From the NCBI RefSeq assembly GCF_018977255.1, contig NW_024704742.1, forward strand, positions 118,422,001 through 118,486,000: DNA of 64,000 nucleotides, read 5' to 3'. Made by a program: the position numbers and the translations under genes. A model generated the notes under the pieces. The model had not been told where the DNA came from. It saw only the letters and a list, made by a program, of their open reading frames with translations, and did not search any database. The stretch is from Callorhinchus milii. Its lineage: Eukaryota. Shown here piece by piece: positions 35,925-49,309 of the stretch. Numbering within the stretch: position 1 is the first letter of the stretch; each line of letters begins with the position of its first letter.

Positions 35925-36635
35925 GCTCCTCTCTCCTCTCTCCCTCTCTCACTCCGTCCCTCCCTCTCTCTCTCTTCCTCTCTCACTCACACTCTCTCCC
36001 TCCGCCTCTCACTCTCCCTGCCTCTCTCACTCTGTCTCTCACTCTCTCCCTCCCTCACTTACTCTCTCTCTCTCTCCCTCCCCCTCTCACTCTCACTGCC
36101 TCTCTCACTCTCCCTCCCTCCCTCCCTCCCTCACTCGCTCTCTCTACCTCCCCCTCTCAATCTGCCTACCTCACTCACTCTCTCTCTCTCCCTCCCCCTC
36201 TCACTCTCACTGCCTCTCCCTCCCTCCCTCCCTCACTTACTCTCTCTCTCTCCATCCCCCTCTCACTCTCACTGCCTCTCCCTCCCTCCCTCCCTCACTT
36301 CTCTCCCTCCCTCCCTCACTTACTCTCTCTCTCCCTCCCCCTCTCACTCTCACTGCCTCTCCCTCCCTCCCTCCCTCACTTACTCTCTCTCTCCCTCCCC
36401 CTCTCACTCTCACTGCCTCTCCCTCCCTCCCTCCCTCACTTACTCTCTCTCTCTCCCTCCCCCTCTCACTCTCACTGCCTCTCCTCCCCCTCTCACTCTC
36501 ACTGCCTCTCCCTCCCTCCCTCACTCACTCTCTCTCTCTCCCTCCCCCTCTCACTCTCTCTGCCTCTCTCACTCTGTCTCTCATTCTCTCTCTCCCTCCC
36601 TCTCCCACTCTCCCCCTCCCTCTCTCACACTCTCC
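35925..36635 (+). repeat. Polypyrimidine/polypurine tract (CT-rich, with longer internal repeats)
   Basis: Mostly C/T; repeated ccctctcactctcactgcctctccctccctccctccctcacttactctctctct. Confidence 0.9.
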
Positions 36636-37273
36636 ATTGCTACAGTCTGCTCCTACTCGCTGTCATTGCTGACACAGTGTAAACCTTTTCAATAAGCAGA
36701 GGAACAAACTGAAAGATCATTTCAAATCGAGCACATTTTATCACTTTGGACGGATCACCACAAAGGTGTTTGTACATTATTGGGTTTATTTTGGAATATA
36801 TTTATATTAGCAGCGGAGGCTCAAAGTGAATTGTCACATCGAGCACATTGGAAAATTATTGGTGGGTGTTTGTGAAACTTTCTTAATTATGATAGTTATT
36901 TAGAATCCTGCTGGTGATGTTTTTTTTTGCATATAATGCTTTTTAATTCACCCACTTTTTAATTTCTCTTTGACCGAGCCTTCAGCTCCCCTCTTGACTC
37001 TCTACCCCCTCCTCGCTCCCTCCCTTCCCTCCCCTCACCCTGACCATATCCCCCCTGCTCGGGTCCTGACCCAACTGTACAGCGCCTTGGGACGTCCTCC
37101 CGACGTGAAAGGCGCTCAATAAATGGAATCTTGTTGTAATTCTTTTGTGTAAACCTATTAATAGATTCACTGTTGATTTTTACAGTAGGAGTGGACCTCT
37201 TTAATTAGATCTGTTCTGTAATTTACTGCCTTGAATTTATCCGATTAAGATGTTATTACAAATGTTATTGCAG

Positions 37274-37406
37274 GGAATTTTGGAGCGTTTGGAAGCAGGA
37301 GAGATCGTTATTGGTGATGGCGGGTTTGTTTTTGCTCTGGAGAAGAGGGGATATGTCAAAGCAGGTCCCTGGACTCCAGAGGCAACAGTAGAGTATCCCG
37401 AGGCTG
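37274..37406 (+). CDS. BHMT: BHMT exon 2
   Basis: ttgcag acceptor; [44 protein letters not shown]; gtaagt donor; 133 nt. Confidence 0.98.
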
Positions 37407-37409
37407 GTA

Positions 37410-37785
37410 AGTCATGTAGCGTATTGATTAGAGCACTCGCCTCACAAGCGAGAGGACCCTGGTTCGATTCCCGGCCCGGGCAATACCTTAGGCAAGTTTC
37501 CTAACTCCACACGCTTCTGTTTACTTAGCTGTAAGTAGGAACCCGGTTGTTAGTCAATTGACGGATCGCTTTATGAGGGGAATAGATTCTTCAAAAATAA
37601 ATAATAATAAATTGGTCACTCAATCCACTACTTTCTGTGGGATACTGCTGTTCGCAATTGGCTTCCGCAATTCACCCACAAAATATACAGTCAATTCACT
37701 TTACAGTATAATCTGTGAAGCGCTTTGAGACTCTCGAAGATGCGATAAGGTGCTATATCAAATTTATATCAAATATTATTTTTAT
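37410..37785 (+). mobile_element. tRNA-derived SINE, longer subfamily, abutting the BHMT exon 2 donor
   Basis: Head agtcatgtagcgtattgattagagcactcgc...ggttcgattccc; extra segment gtaagtaggaacccggttgttagtc; related copies 26273-26607(-), 38757-39280(+), 39612-39915(+), 40435-40742(+). Confidence 0.85.
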
Positions 37786-38194
37786 GATGAGTCCATAAGC
37801 CAAGAGGAAAAACAGACAATCCATGCAAAATAAAATTCCGCTGCTAAAACAATCTTTTTCCTGCTGCATGATACAAATACTTCTCTTACCTAGCATTGTA
37901 TTGCCAATAGCAGTAACTTCAATTACTTAAATTAGTGGATCAAAGGAAAAATCAGGGTATCAGTGATCCTATCGCGGACTACTTATAGCTGTTAATCCTC
38001 GGCTGGATGCTTCTTTATATTGTGTAAATGTGATCTGCATCAAGGTTGTACATTCAGAAGCGATCATTTGACTAGAACATACTGTATCCAGCAGGCTGCT
38101 TAAATATTGGTGGTAGGTGGTGACATTTGTGTCTGTAAAATGCCTTTACCAGCTGTTTAGTGTCCTAGACTTGTTTTGTTTGTTTAATTTTCAG

Positions 38195-38313
38195 TAAGAC
38201 AACTGCACCGTGAATTCCTCAGAGCAGGCTCTACAGTTATGCAGACTTTCACCTTCTATGCTAGTGATGACAAGTTGAAGAATAGAGGAAACATTGCAGG
38301 TCAAAAGTTCTCA
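38195..38313 (+). CDS. BHMT: BHMT exon 3
   Basis: tttcag acceptor; [40 protein letters not shown]; gtaagt donor; 119 nt. Confidence 0.97.
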
Positions 38314-40123
38314 GTAAGTCTGCTTTCCAATTTAGATTTCATATTTGAGCAAATAGTTTCAATGTACCTCTAGTGACGTATTGTGACGTCTTACAGGCAA
38401 CTCAACTGATGGCTGTGAACTGCTTGTTAAGTGGGGCCACTTGACAGGTGTAAAATCACAAATCATTATTGACTTTCTAATAAAATTGCAAATCCTCCTT
38501 GAGCTTCAATTTTAAAACTAAATCAATCAAGGTATTGGGGCTACACCAGAGTTAAACGTGGGAATGTACAGAACAGGAAAAGAGAATTGCAATCCCTCTG
38601 GCTCGTCTCAAAGAACTTCCTGATCATTCGGGTTCCTTGGATGAAGGCAAGTGCATTGGACCACTTTATCTCTTGTTTTACCTCATGCTGAGAACTGCTA
38701 TTATTCAGAGAGTAATACTGAGAAGTATTATTATTATAATTAGTATTACTGGTATCGGAATCCTGTATCTTAGTGTTTAGTGCACTCACTTCGCAAGCGA
38801 GAGGATCTAGGTTCGATTCCCTGCAGGGCGAAACGTTGGACAAGTTTCCTTACTCCACACGTCTCTGTTCACCTAAAATCATAGAATTATACAGCACAGA
38901 AGCAGGCTATTTGGCCCATCTTGTCTGTGCTGGCTCCTTGAAAAGAACTATCTAAATCAATCCCACTCCCGTGCTCGCTCCCCATTGCCCTCCAAACTTG
39001 TCCTCCACAAATAATTACCTACTTCTCTCTTAAAAGTTGTTTCAAGAGAGCAATAGATAGGCGGATCGCTTTTCCGGGAGTAATAATATCTTAAAAAATA
39101 AATAAATAATAAAAATTTGGTCACTTCAATCTACGACTCTTTGCGGGACACTGATGTGCGCAATTGGCTGCCGCGTTTCGCCCACAAAATATAAGTCAAT
39201 TCACTTTGCAATATATTTTGTAAAGAGCTTTGAGACATCTCAAAGATGTGATAAGGATTAGTGCAAGGATTATTATTATTATCATCATCCTTGAAAGAAT
39301 GGGTATTGAATGCGATGATGCCCATAAATTATTTTATCTTTGTCCGGCAATTAAATATTTTAAATATAAAGTTCACACGTGTTGCAAGAACGGTTGTGAT
39401 CTATGATAACATGGCAATGTGGTGTGCTTTCTGTCGTATGCTATTTCAAGATCCCTTCTTGGAAGCGATTATGAAATTAACTTCCAAGTTATCGGTGCTC
39501 AGAACTTTAACATAAATCAAACCTTCTCCAGAACAAAACAGTAGGAATACCTTATCTTGCAATATGACCTCTCACTCTGAAACTATATGGAGTCATTTTA
39601 TTAATAATCTGACAGGGTAAAACTTTAGGCAAGCTTCCTTGCTCTACATGCCTCAGTTTAACTAGCAGTAAGTAGGAACTCAGTTGTTAATCCATTGTTG
39701 GATTGCTTTCCAAGGGTAATAATCTCTTCAAAAAAAAATAATCATTTGGTCATTCAATTCCTTACTGTTTGTGGGACTCTAATGTGCACAATTGGCTGCC
39801 GAGTTTCAGCCTCAAAATGTACAGTCAATTCACTGTACAGTATATTCTGTGAAACACTTTGAGATGTCTCAACAATGTGATGAGGCGCTATATCAAATGC
39901 AAGGATTATTATTGTTGTCTTTCTGAATCCAGCATAAACATCTGCATGAACAAACTATTGTGAAAGATTTCATTTAAAAATTGTGTCTAAATGTTCAAAC
40001 TAAATGATCAACCTGGATCAGTTATTATATTTCTTGATTTTTCAGCTCCAGGTGAATTATTTATTAAATCAAAAGTGTTTATGCCGGAGATCTAAAAAGT
40101 AGCATAACTTTTATCCCTTTCAG

Positions 40124-40315
40124 GGCCAAAGTGTGAATGAAGCTGCATGTGATATTGCTCGGGAGGTGGCCAACGAAGGGGATGCATTGGTTGCTGGAGG
40201 AGTCTCTCAAACTCCAGCCTACCTCAGCTGTAAGAGTCAGTCTGAAGTGAAGGAAATCTTTAGGAAACAGCTGGAAGTCTTTGTCAAGAAGGATGTGGAC
40301 TTCATGATTGCTGAG
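40124..40315 (+). CDS. BHMT: BHMT exon 4
   Basis: tttcag acceptor; [31 protein letters not shown]...VDFMIAE; gtaaat donor; 192 nt. Confidence 0.98.
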
Positions 40316-41062
40316 GTAAATGATCCAACCTGGTCTTCTCTACATTTAACTGGATTTCTGAATGGTCACTACTTTTATATAGAACTGTATAAATGTTTGT
40401 ATTATCAATATGTTCAGAATTTGTACCATATTCAGAGTCCCGTAGCGTAATGGTTAGCGCACTCAGCTCGCAAGTGAGAGGATCCAGGTTCAATTCCCGG
40501 GCGGGGCGAAACCTTAGGCTAGTTTCCACATATCTCTGTTTACCGAGCAGTGAGAGGGAATCTGGTTGTTAATTGATAGGTGGATTATTTTCCAGGGGTA
40601 ATAATCCCTAAAAAAAACATTTGGTCACTCAATCCACGTCTGTTTGTGGGATACTGATGTGTGCAATTGGCTGCCATGGTTCGCCCACAAAATACACAGT
40701 CAATCTACAATATCAAATGCCAGGATTATTATTATTATTATTTCAGAGCAAACAGAATTTGACAACTTCTTAAGTACAGTTTTAATTTTAAAGTGGGTAA
40801 TTTTTATAACCACAAAAAAGACAGGAAACTGCAATTCAAAGTCTTTCCAACGTGAAAAGACACCTAAGGATTAATATATATATATATAAATCATTGATAT
40901 AGATCAAATATCATTGATGTGATCTATATCAATGTTTCTGAAGGGAAACCATATGAGCTACCATTTTGTCATGAGCAAGATTAGCTTGAATTTGTCTTAA
41001 GTCCAAAACTCTGCTTGTTAAGTGGCAGGCTTGATAATCATGTATTCTGCTATCTTTCACAG

Positions 41063-41210
41063 TACTACGAGCATGTGGAAGAAGCAGTGTGGGCAGTTGA
41101 AGTTTTAAAGGAATCTGGGAAACCAGTTGCCGCCACCCTATGTATTGGTCCAGAGGGTGATCTGAAAGGAGTTTCACCTGGGGATTGTGCAATCAGGCTG
41201 ACCAAGGCTG
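41063..41210 (+). CDS. BHMT: BHMT exon 5
   Basis: tcacag acceptor; [49 protein letters not shown]; gtgagg donor; 148 nt. Confidence 0.98.
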
Positions 41211-42487
41211 GTGAGGCACTTTCTCCAGTTTATTTAGGAACATAAAGCAGTTCAAAATCACTGTTGCTGAAAAGCGATCCTTTAGATCCTAAGGCCAAAA
41301 AAAAGATAACTGTTAAGAGTTTTTTCTAGAAGAATAAAATAATGCATTCAAATTGTCAGCGCAAACCATGAAACACCTCCCACTTAGGTTACCCAGTGCC
41401 ATTATCAGCCTCTGCCAACCCAAATACAAAATGGACCAAATGCGGTGGTATTTTCTCCACTGGGCCTGAACATCACATCATCTCTGAATGTACCAATGCT
41501 GGTGACTACAACACCAACAATTTAAAAACAAGCCTTATTACTTGAGAGTGGCCATCCTGAGACTAAGCACTTCACTTTATGCTATTATTGGTTATTTGGT
41601 CTTTCAAAGTCCATGGCTAAAAATGGTAGAACTTTTTTTTCCCTCTCCCCCCACGATCAAGTTTCTTTCATTCAGTTCACTTACCATTCCCTGGCTGAGG
41701 GTGAAAGGAAAAGTGTAAGCTGACTACTGGAATCATGAAAGCCTGACTCAACATATTTATTTTTAACTTTCTGTTCACACGTGAAAGCGCTGATTTATGT
41801 TTGACGGTTCCTCAGTGGCACAGGTTGGATCAAAAGCTCCTTGTGGAGGATTGCAGGGATGAATCAGTGCCTTAGAACTTTATGCCTACATAATGCAGTA
41901 ATTACACGTTACAGTATGCCATATGAAGCACTTTAAGACATCCTCCCAATGTGAAAGGTGCTATATCACATGCAAGTATGTGTGCAGCACAAAGCTAATT
42001 TACAATCCTCTTCAGGGTCAGATTAAGGAACTTTTTGTTTTGTTGGGTAATAGAAAGAAACCTTGAAGGTGGAGTTTAAGTAAACCACAACAACAACAAA
42101 TTATATTTGTATAGCACCTTTTATGTCAGGAGGATGCCCCAAAGCGCTGGACAATCGGAATTTGGACACAAGCTGGTGGTTGGGATCAGGAGGGGTGGAG
42201 GGCAGGGAGGGTAGGGTTAGGAAGGTGGCCAAAGGCACAGGTGAAGAGGAGGGTATAGAGGCATGCCTCGAAGGAGGCAAGGGAGGGGGCAAGGTGAAGG
42301 GACTATGGGATGGAGTTCCAAAGGGTAGGGGAAGAGAGGCTGAAGGCCCAGTCACTAATGATGGGGTGGGCCAGGCGGGAGACAGGGAGCAGCCAATCAA
42401 TTGTTCAGCCTCGTTGTACTGGTTTTCTTAAGCAACATGTTATTCAGTCTTTTGTGTTCTTAAGAGTTTAAATTATTGTTTTTATAG

Positions 42488-42670
42488 GTGCTCAGATTGT
42501 TGGAGTGAACTGCCATTTTGACTATGCCACTAGTCTCAAAACTATGAAGCTTATGAAGGAAGGTTTAGATGCTGCAAAACTCAAAGCACATCTGATGGTG
42601 CAGCCTGTGGCTTTCCATACACCTGATTGTAACAGCCAGGGATTTATTGATCTTCCAGAGTTTCCTTTTG
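42488..42670 (+). CDS. BHMT: BHMT exon 6 (Zn-ligand Cys in GVNCHF)
   Basis: tatag acceptor; [27 protein letters not shown]...FIDLPEFPF; gtaaga donor; 183 nt. Confidence 0.98.
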
Positions 42671-42958
42671 GTAAGATTTTGTTCCTTAGATTGACATTTT
42701 AATATGACAGTTTGTTATTGCTTTTACATGGAAAGTATGTACAGTTCTTTACAACTGAGCAGTATAACATGATTATCCTTCACGACCGGAAACATTACTG
42801 AACTTGACAGAATATTTGGGCAAGCATAATTGCAAACTTGGTAAAGCAAAATTTCTAGCCAGATTTGATACTAAACCTGGGATAGAGACAGAGCTGAAAA
42901 TTAAGTAACTTAAAAACTGGATCGTGTGACATAATACTTTTATTTTGTTTTGAAAAAG

Positions 42959-43187
42959 CTTTGGAGCCCCGAATTTCTACCAGATGGGACATGCATAAAT
43001 TTGCAAGGGAAGCATACAATCTGGGAATCAGGTACATTGGCGGCTGCTGTGGATTTGAGCCCTATCACATCAGGGCTGTAGCAGAGGAGCTCTCAGCTGA
43101 GAGGGGCTTCCTTCCCCAAGCTTCAGAGAAACACGATAGCTGGGGGACTGGCCTCTCCATGCACACAAAACCGTGGGTGAGAGCAAG
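42959..43187 (+). CDS. BHMT: BHMT exon 7 (Zn-ligand GGCCG)
   Basis: U-rich tract then aaaaag acceptor; [40 protein letters not shown]...HTKPWVRA; gtacga donor; 229 nt. Confidence 0.97.
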
Positions 43188-43637
43188 GTACGAACAGCTT
43201 ATTACAGAACTTTACAGTGCACGTAGTGAGTGTGTGAAGGTTTGGGGTTTTGTGGGAATTTTACCAGCTAAAGCCAACATTATATGATAGATAAATAGTT
43301 TTACAAGTGATAAAACAGAAGGACAAAGAAGTCAAATTTAAAGTTTATTTATCACAGTGAAGCACATATCTCACCTTCTGTACCTTTGAAGCAAATGTTG
43401 ACCCAAAAGGAAGTAGCTATAACTCTAAACCCATGCTATGGAGCTGTTTCTGATTCTTCCCTGAATGACTTAGTAATTCAATCTTTGCAAGAAAAATCTA
43501 ATTATTGTGGAATATTGGAGAGCCAGATAGCAAAATATGAACACTCACCTCTGCAGTTTGTATTGAAGCAAAATTTTAGCGGATAATAAGATACAATTGC
43601 TTTCCTAATTTACAGTCAGAAAAATTAACATTGAGAA

Positions 43638-44190
43638 TGACATAACATGTAGGAGCAGGAGTAGGCCATTCGGCCCTTCGAGCCTACCCCACCATTCAAT
43701 CATGGCTGATCTTCTAATCTAACTCCAGCTAATAACCTGACCCTGCCTTATCCCCGTATCCCTTAATCCCTTTTTCAATAAGAAATATATCTATCTCAGT
43801 CTTGAATATGTTCAAGGACTGAGCGTCAACAGCCCTTTGGAGTAGTGAGTTCCATACATTCACCACCCTTTGAGTGAAGAAGTTCTTCCTCAACTCAGTG
43901 CGAAAGGGCTGGCCTCTGATTTTAAGGTTGTGACCCCTAGTTTTAGTTTCTCCAACCAGGGGAAACAATCTCCCACTATCTACTCTATCATGCCCTTTGA
44001 TGATCTTATAGGGTTCTATAAGATCCCCTCTAATTCTTCTATGTTCTAGAGAATATAGGCCCAAATTGGTCAGCCTATCCTCGTAACTCATCCCCTTCAT
44101 CCCTGGCACTAACCTAGTAAATCTACGCTGCACCCCCTCCAAGGCAAGTACATCCTTCCTTAAATAGGGAGACCCAAATTGCACACAGTA
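43638..44190 (-). mobile_element. CR1 LINE 3' fragment in BHMT intron 7
   Basis: ALEGVQRRFTRLVPGMKGMSYEDRL..LGLYSLEHRRIRGDLIE...FFTQRVVNVWNSL; typical CR1 3' UTR. Confidence 0.92.
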
Positions 44191-44331
44191 ATGAAGTACA
44201 CCAGAATGTAGTATACCAGAGATTCAAATGAGTCTGGTTTGGGCTCTCTCTTCAAGGTAATTACAGATTTTATTGTGTCCAAACAACCTGCACAAAGTGA
44301 AACAGGTCTTTTCTTTATTCTTGTTCTCCAG

Positions 44332-44524
44332 AGCCCGGAGGGACTATTGGGAGAACCTGGTGCCTGCAAGTGGCTTGCCTTATTCACCCTCCTTATCCAA
44401 ACCAGATAGCTGGAAAGTGACCAGGGGAGATAAAGATCTGATGCAGCAAACAGATGCCACAACTGAGCAACAACAGAAAGAATTGTTTGAAAAGCAGAAA
44501 GCTAAGGCTCTACTGTCAGCATAG
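44332..44524 (+). CDS. BHMT: BHMT exon 8 (terminal, stop TAG)
   Basis: ctccag acceptor; [26 protein letters not shown]...[22 protein letters not shown]; spliced CDS 1239 nt = 412 aa. Confidence 0.97.
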
Positions 44525-44832
44525 ACTAAATACTAAAGACTGAAAAAATACTAAATAGATGTTAAAAGAACTCTCGAGTCCAAATATTAAATGACCTTGC
44601 TTTAATAGTTAAAGAGATAAGTTTATATCTATCTTATATATTGACTTGAGGTATTAAGTTCTTTGAAATTTTTCAGACTAAGGTAAACACGTAAAAATAT
44701 TAGAACTATATAGATTAAAGAAGCAATATTCTACAAATGGTGTTCAAGACCAGAAATTTGAAAGTAAATGTGTTGCTTTTTTCAGTCACACTGTATCTGT
44801 ATTGCGTCAAACTTGTGCTTTTGGTAAAGCTC

Positions 44833-44838
44833 AATAAA
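44833..44838 (+). terminator. Probable BHMT polyadenylation signal
   Basis: AATAAA about 310 nt after the stop codon, at the end of an AT-rich UTR-like stretch. Confidence 0.6.
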
Positions 44839-45414
44839 GCTGAAATTCCAACCTCAACCAGTACTCCATAACGGCTCTTGAAAGGGAATTGGACAAATAT
44901 TTTTTAAAAAATGTGCAAGGGTAGGAAGAATGGGCAATGGAGTGGTACTAAATGGAAAGTATTTTTCAGAGCCAGGACAGGCACAGTAGACTGAAACCTT
45001 TGTATATATCTGCATTTTACCCCGAGGTCCCAAACAGCAATACACAGTGGCTATGCTAATCTCTGGCACCTCTAATAGACCACTTTAATCTCTTACAGTA
45101 AAATACTCATTTACATTTATCATTTATATAGCCCTTTCACATCAGGAGGACGTCTCAAGGCGTTTGTTTAATAGTCCTGGCTTGGCACCCCAGCTAAGGA
45201 TTGGGGGAGGGGAAGGACAAAGAAAGGGATAGGTAGGTCTTGAGATGAATCCTGAAAGAGCTGAGGGAGAGAGCGAATCTGAGGTACTCTGATGGAGTTC
45301 CAGAGAGTGCAGGCAGGTAGGCTGAAAGCCTGACCGCTAATGATGGGGCAGGGGACACGAAGTAGGCTGCTGCCTGCTGAGCGACAATTCCTATCTACAC
45401 CATTTGGTAATTAG

Positions 45415-45729
45415 AATAATAATAATCCTTGCATTTGATATAGCGCTTTTCACGTCAGGAGGACGTCCCAAAGCGCTTCACAGAACACACTGTAAAGTGA
45501 ATTGACTGTATATTTGTGGGCGAACGAGGCAGCCAATTGCGCACAGCAATGTCCCACAAACAGTCGTAGATTGCAAATGACCAATTTATTATTGTGTTTG
45601 GTTTTGGAGGGATTATTGTTAGGCGTGTGGAGTAAGGAAACTTACCCAAGGTTTCGCCCTGCCTGGAATTGAACTCCGGTCTCTCACTTGCAAAGCGAGT
45701 GCTCTAACCACTGAGCTACAGGACTCCAC
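45415..45729 (-). mobile_element. tRNA-Ala-derived SINE, full length
   Basis: Near-identical to 29148-29465. Confidence 0.92.
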
Positions 45730-46930
45730 AAAGCAAAACAATGTCAGTGATGGAATGATGGAGAGGTTGGAGGCACGTGGTGCATTAACTATCTTGTATG
45801 ATATCATCGGGAGCCACAAGGTGTATCAAGGCACTTCCCACACAGAGGTAAAACTGCATGAGTCACCCACAACTCACCATTATCGAGCAGTACCAGAGAC
45901 TGAGACCTCCTGCCTGGACTTTGATGTGAGGAGACTCAAGAAGAGGGGAAAGAGAAAATGCCTTAAAGGAAGGAATCTCAAAGATGTCTCAAATTGCTTC
46001 ACAGGATGTACTGTAAAACATAGTGACCTATTATGTAGCTGAATAAAGCAGCTAATTTGCACACAGCAGTATCCCACGAACAGCCATGAAGTGAGTGAAC
46101 AATTAAAGTGAGGTAAACAGTGTCTAGTTACTTCAGTTGACCTTAACAGGGAAGTTAGAACTCGTAAGAAATATTACTTCAACTTGATATCACTGGCATT
46201 CAAATTAGTTTTGCCGGTTTGATCCAGTTGCACGGAGTTGTATTTCTACAATGAAGTTACCATTCAGCAACTTATATTTAGGAGTTGCACACTGAGAGCT
46301 AGTGTTGCTATTTCTACAAAGGTTGAGTCCGGTGGTCAAGTTCTCGTGTTTGTTTGGAGAAGGATTGTGTAGAAAACATCGAAAAAGAAGTTATGAGTGT
46401 CATAGCACCTTGTGGAAAGCCCGGCTTAAAAAAAAGCTTTATTTAGCTTGAGAAATGAACTGCACACCACAGTTGCTGTAAAATGAAGAGATCCTCCAAT
46501 AGATAACATCTAAAGTTACACTTCTTTAAATCAGCAAACAACCTTTATGTATATAGACTTTCATGAGAACTCAACATCTGCGGATGTTGGTACCTGAGAC
46601 CCTCATTGTATTTAGTCTTAACACCATTGTCTTCATTGTCTTAGGAACAACACCTTGCATTTATATAACGCCTTTAATGTGAGTCCGCGTTTCAGAGTGC
46701 TTAAAATGTAAGATTGTGTAGAATTTGGGGAATTTCTTAAATTCATTCTTAATTTGGAAGCCGATTTCTCACAGGTTTGTTTTCGTTATTCAACAGTTTT
46801 TTCCGATCTCTATTAAAATATCACTTTCTCCAGCTTTTGCAGCGTGATTCAGGAAATAGTATTGGGAGACAATACCTCACATTCCCCAGAATGGCCTATC
46901 ATTAAAACTGGTGCTCGTGAGATAATCAAA

Positions 46931-48645
46931 TAGAATATAGAAAGTACAGAGGAGAACTGAAAAAGGAAATAAGAGAGGCAAAGAGATTGTATGAGAAAAG
47001 ATTAGCGGGTAACATAAATGGGAACCCTAAGGTATTTTAATAGCATATAAAGAATAAAAGGTTAGTCAAAGTTAGTCCAATTAGGGACCAAAGAGGAAAT
47101 CTTCTTGTGGAGGCAGAGGGCATGGCTGACATACTGAATGAGTACTTTGCATCTGTCTTCACAAAGAAGAGGGTGCAGCCAATGCACAGTATCGGAGAAG
47201 AAAGTAGAGAAATTGGATAAGATAATAATAAACCAAGAGGAGGTACAAAAAAGGTTGTCGGTGCTCAAGGTAAATAAGTCATCGACGGGATGCATCCTGG
47301 ATTACTGAGGAAAGTAAGGGTGGAAATAACGGAGGTTCTGGCCACAATCTTTCAATCCTCTGGGACACCGGGGTGGTGCCAGAGGACTGGAGGGTTGCAA
47401 ATGTTACTCCGCTGTACAAAAAGGGGCAGAAGGATAAACCAGGGAATTACAGGCCAGTCAGCCTAACGTCAGTATTGGGGAAACTGCTAGAGACTATCCG
47501 GGACAAAATAAATTTTCACTTAGAAAAATATGGGTTAATAAAGGACGGCCAACACGGATTTGTTAACAAACCTGATTAAGTTTTTTGATGAAGTAACGGA
47601 GAGGGTGGATGAAGGTAGTGCAGTTGATGTAGTTTATATGGATTTTCAAAAGGCGTTTGATAAAGTGCCACATAAGAGACATGTAAGCAAAATAGAAGCC
47701 CACGGTATTAAAGGGACAGTGGCAACAGGGATACAGAACTGGCTGGGAGACAGAAAGCAGAGAGTGGTAGTGAATGGTTATTTTTCTGACTGGAGGGAAA
47801 TGGACAAATGGACATAGACAGACTGGTAAAATGGGCAAACACGAGGCAGATAAAGTTTATTGTGGAGAAATACGAAGTGATGCATTTTGGAAGGAAGAAT
47901 GAGGAGAGGCAATAAAAGATAAATGGTACAAGGAACAGAGGGACCTGGGGGTTCATATAAGTAAATCTTTGAAGGTGACAGAACAGGTAGATAAAGCTGT
48001 TAAAAAAAGATTACGGGATTCTAGGCTTTATAAATAGGGGCATAGAATACAAAAGTCAGAAAGTTATGATGAACGTTTATAAAACACTGGTCAGGCCTCA
48101 GCTAGAGTACTGTGTTCAGTTCTGGGCACCACACTTTAGGAAGGATGTCAAGGCATTGGAGAAGGTGCAAAGGAGATTTACCAGGATAGTACCAGGAATG
48201 AGGGACTTCAGTTATCAGGAGAGGCTAGAGAAGCTAGGATTATTCTCCTTGGAGCAGATAAGATTAAGAGGAGACTTCATTTCAAAATTATGAGGGGATT
48301 CGATAGGGTGAATAAGGAGAAACTATTTCCACTGGCGGGTGGGTCGGTAACCTGAGGACATCGATTTAAAATATTTGTTAAAAGTAATAGAGGGAGGTGA
48401 GGAGAATTTTTTTCACACAGCGGTTGTTTGGATCTGGATTGCGTTGCCTGAAAGGACGGTGGAAGCCGATTCGATAACAACTTTTAAGAGAGAAGTAGAT
48501 AATTATTTGGGGAGGACAAGGTTGCAGGGCTATGGGGAGAGCGCGGGGGAGTGGGATTAAATTGGATAGGTCTTTTCAAAGAGCCGGCACAGACACGATG
48601 GGCTGACTGGCCTCCTTCTGTACTGTATAATTCTATGATTCTATG
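46931..48645 (+). mobile_element. CR1 LINE, 5'-truncated and decayed (ORF2 RT plus 3' tail)
   Basis: VPEDWRVANVTPLYKKG..PGNYRPVSLTS, VDVVYMDFQKAFDKVPH, YKTLVRPQLEYCVQFWAP, RLRGD; frameshifts; ends in attctatg repeats. Confidence 0.93.
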
Positions 48646-49004
48646 TCTTCCTGATATTGATCAGGAGGGAGCATCATTCACTGAGGAAAATGCAATGGGA
48701 ATGTATACCATTGTTTTCTCAACAAATGAAGTTGAAAGACCTCACTTTTTTGCTTCACATGCATTATGCCTCCCTAGATGGTCCTTTAAATTCTATGATT
48801 TTTCAATTCAATCACCCCCAAAAAATTAGGTACAGATTAGGGAATATATTCAGTCATGCACAAATGTGTTAATTGTGTGATTAAAGTACAGTGATCTTTC
48901 GTTTTGCTCAGTGCGTTTCCTTTTTCAAAGGTCCTCTGTGTGCTGAGACAGTATTTTGTACTCCACTCAAGTATTGTATAAATACGCAAAGCTACTATAA
49001 TATA

Positions 49005-49309
49005 AATAATAATAATGCTTGCATTTGATATGGCACTTTTCACATCTTCTCGACGTCTCAAAGCGCTTCACAGAGTAATTGTAAAGTGAATTGACCGTAT
49101 ATTTGTGGGCGAAACGCGGCAGCCAATTGTGCACAACAGTGTCCCACAAACGTGGATTCAAAATGAACAATTTATTTTTTGTTTTGGAGGGATTATTATC
49201 AGCTGTGTGGAGTAAGGAAACTTGCCCAAGCTTTCGCCCTGCCTGGAATTGAAACTAGGTGTCCCACTTGCAAGGCGAGTGCTCTAACCACTGAGCTACA
49301 GGACTCCAC
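49005..49309 (-). mobile_element. tRNA-Ala-derived SINE, full length
   Basis: Same family; truncated copies also at 3207-3465(+), 5655-5800(-), 12630-13050(-, interrupted), 18895-18992(+), 25427-25645(-), 52500-52660(-), 63615-63747(+). Confidence 0.88.
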
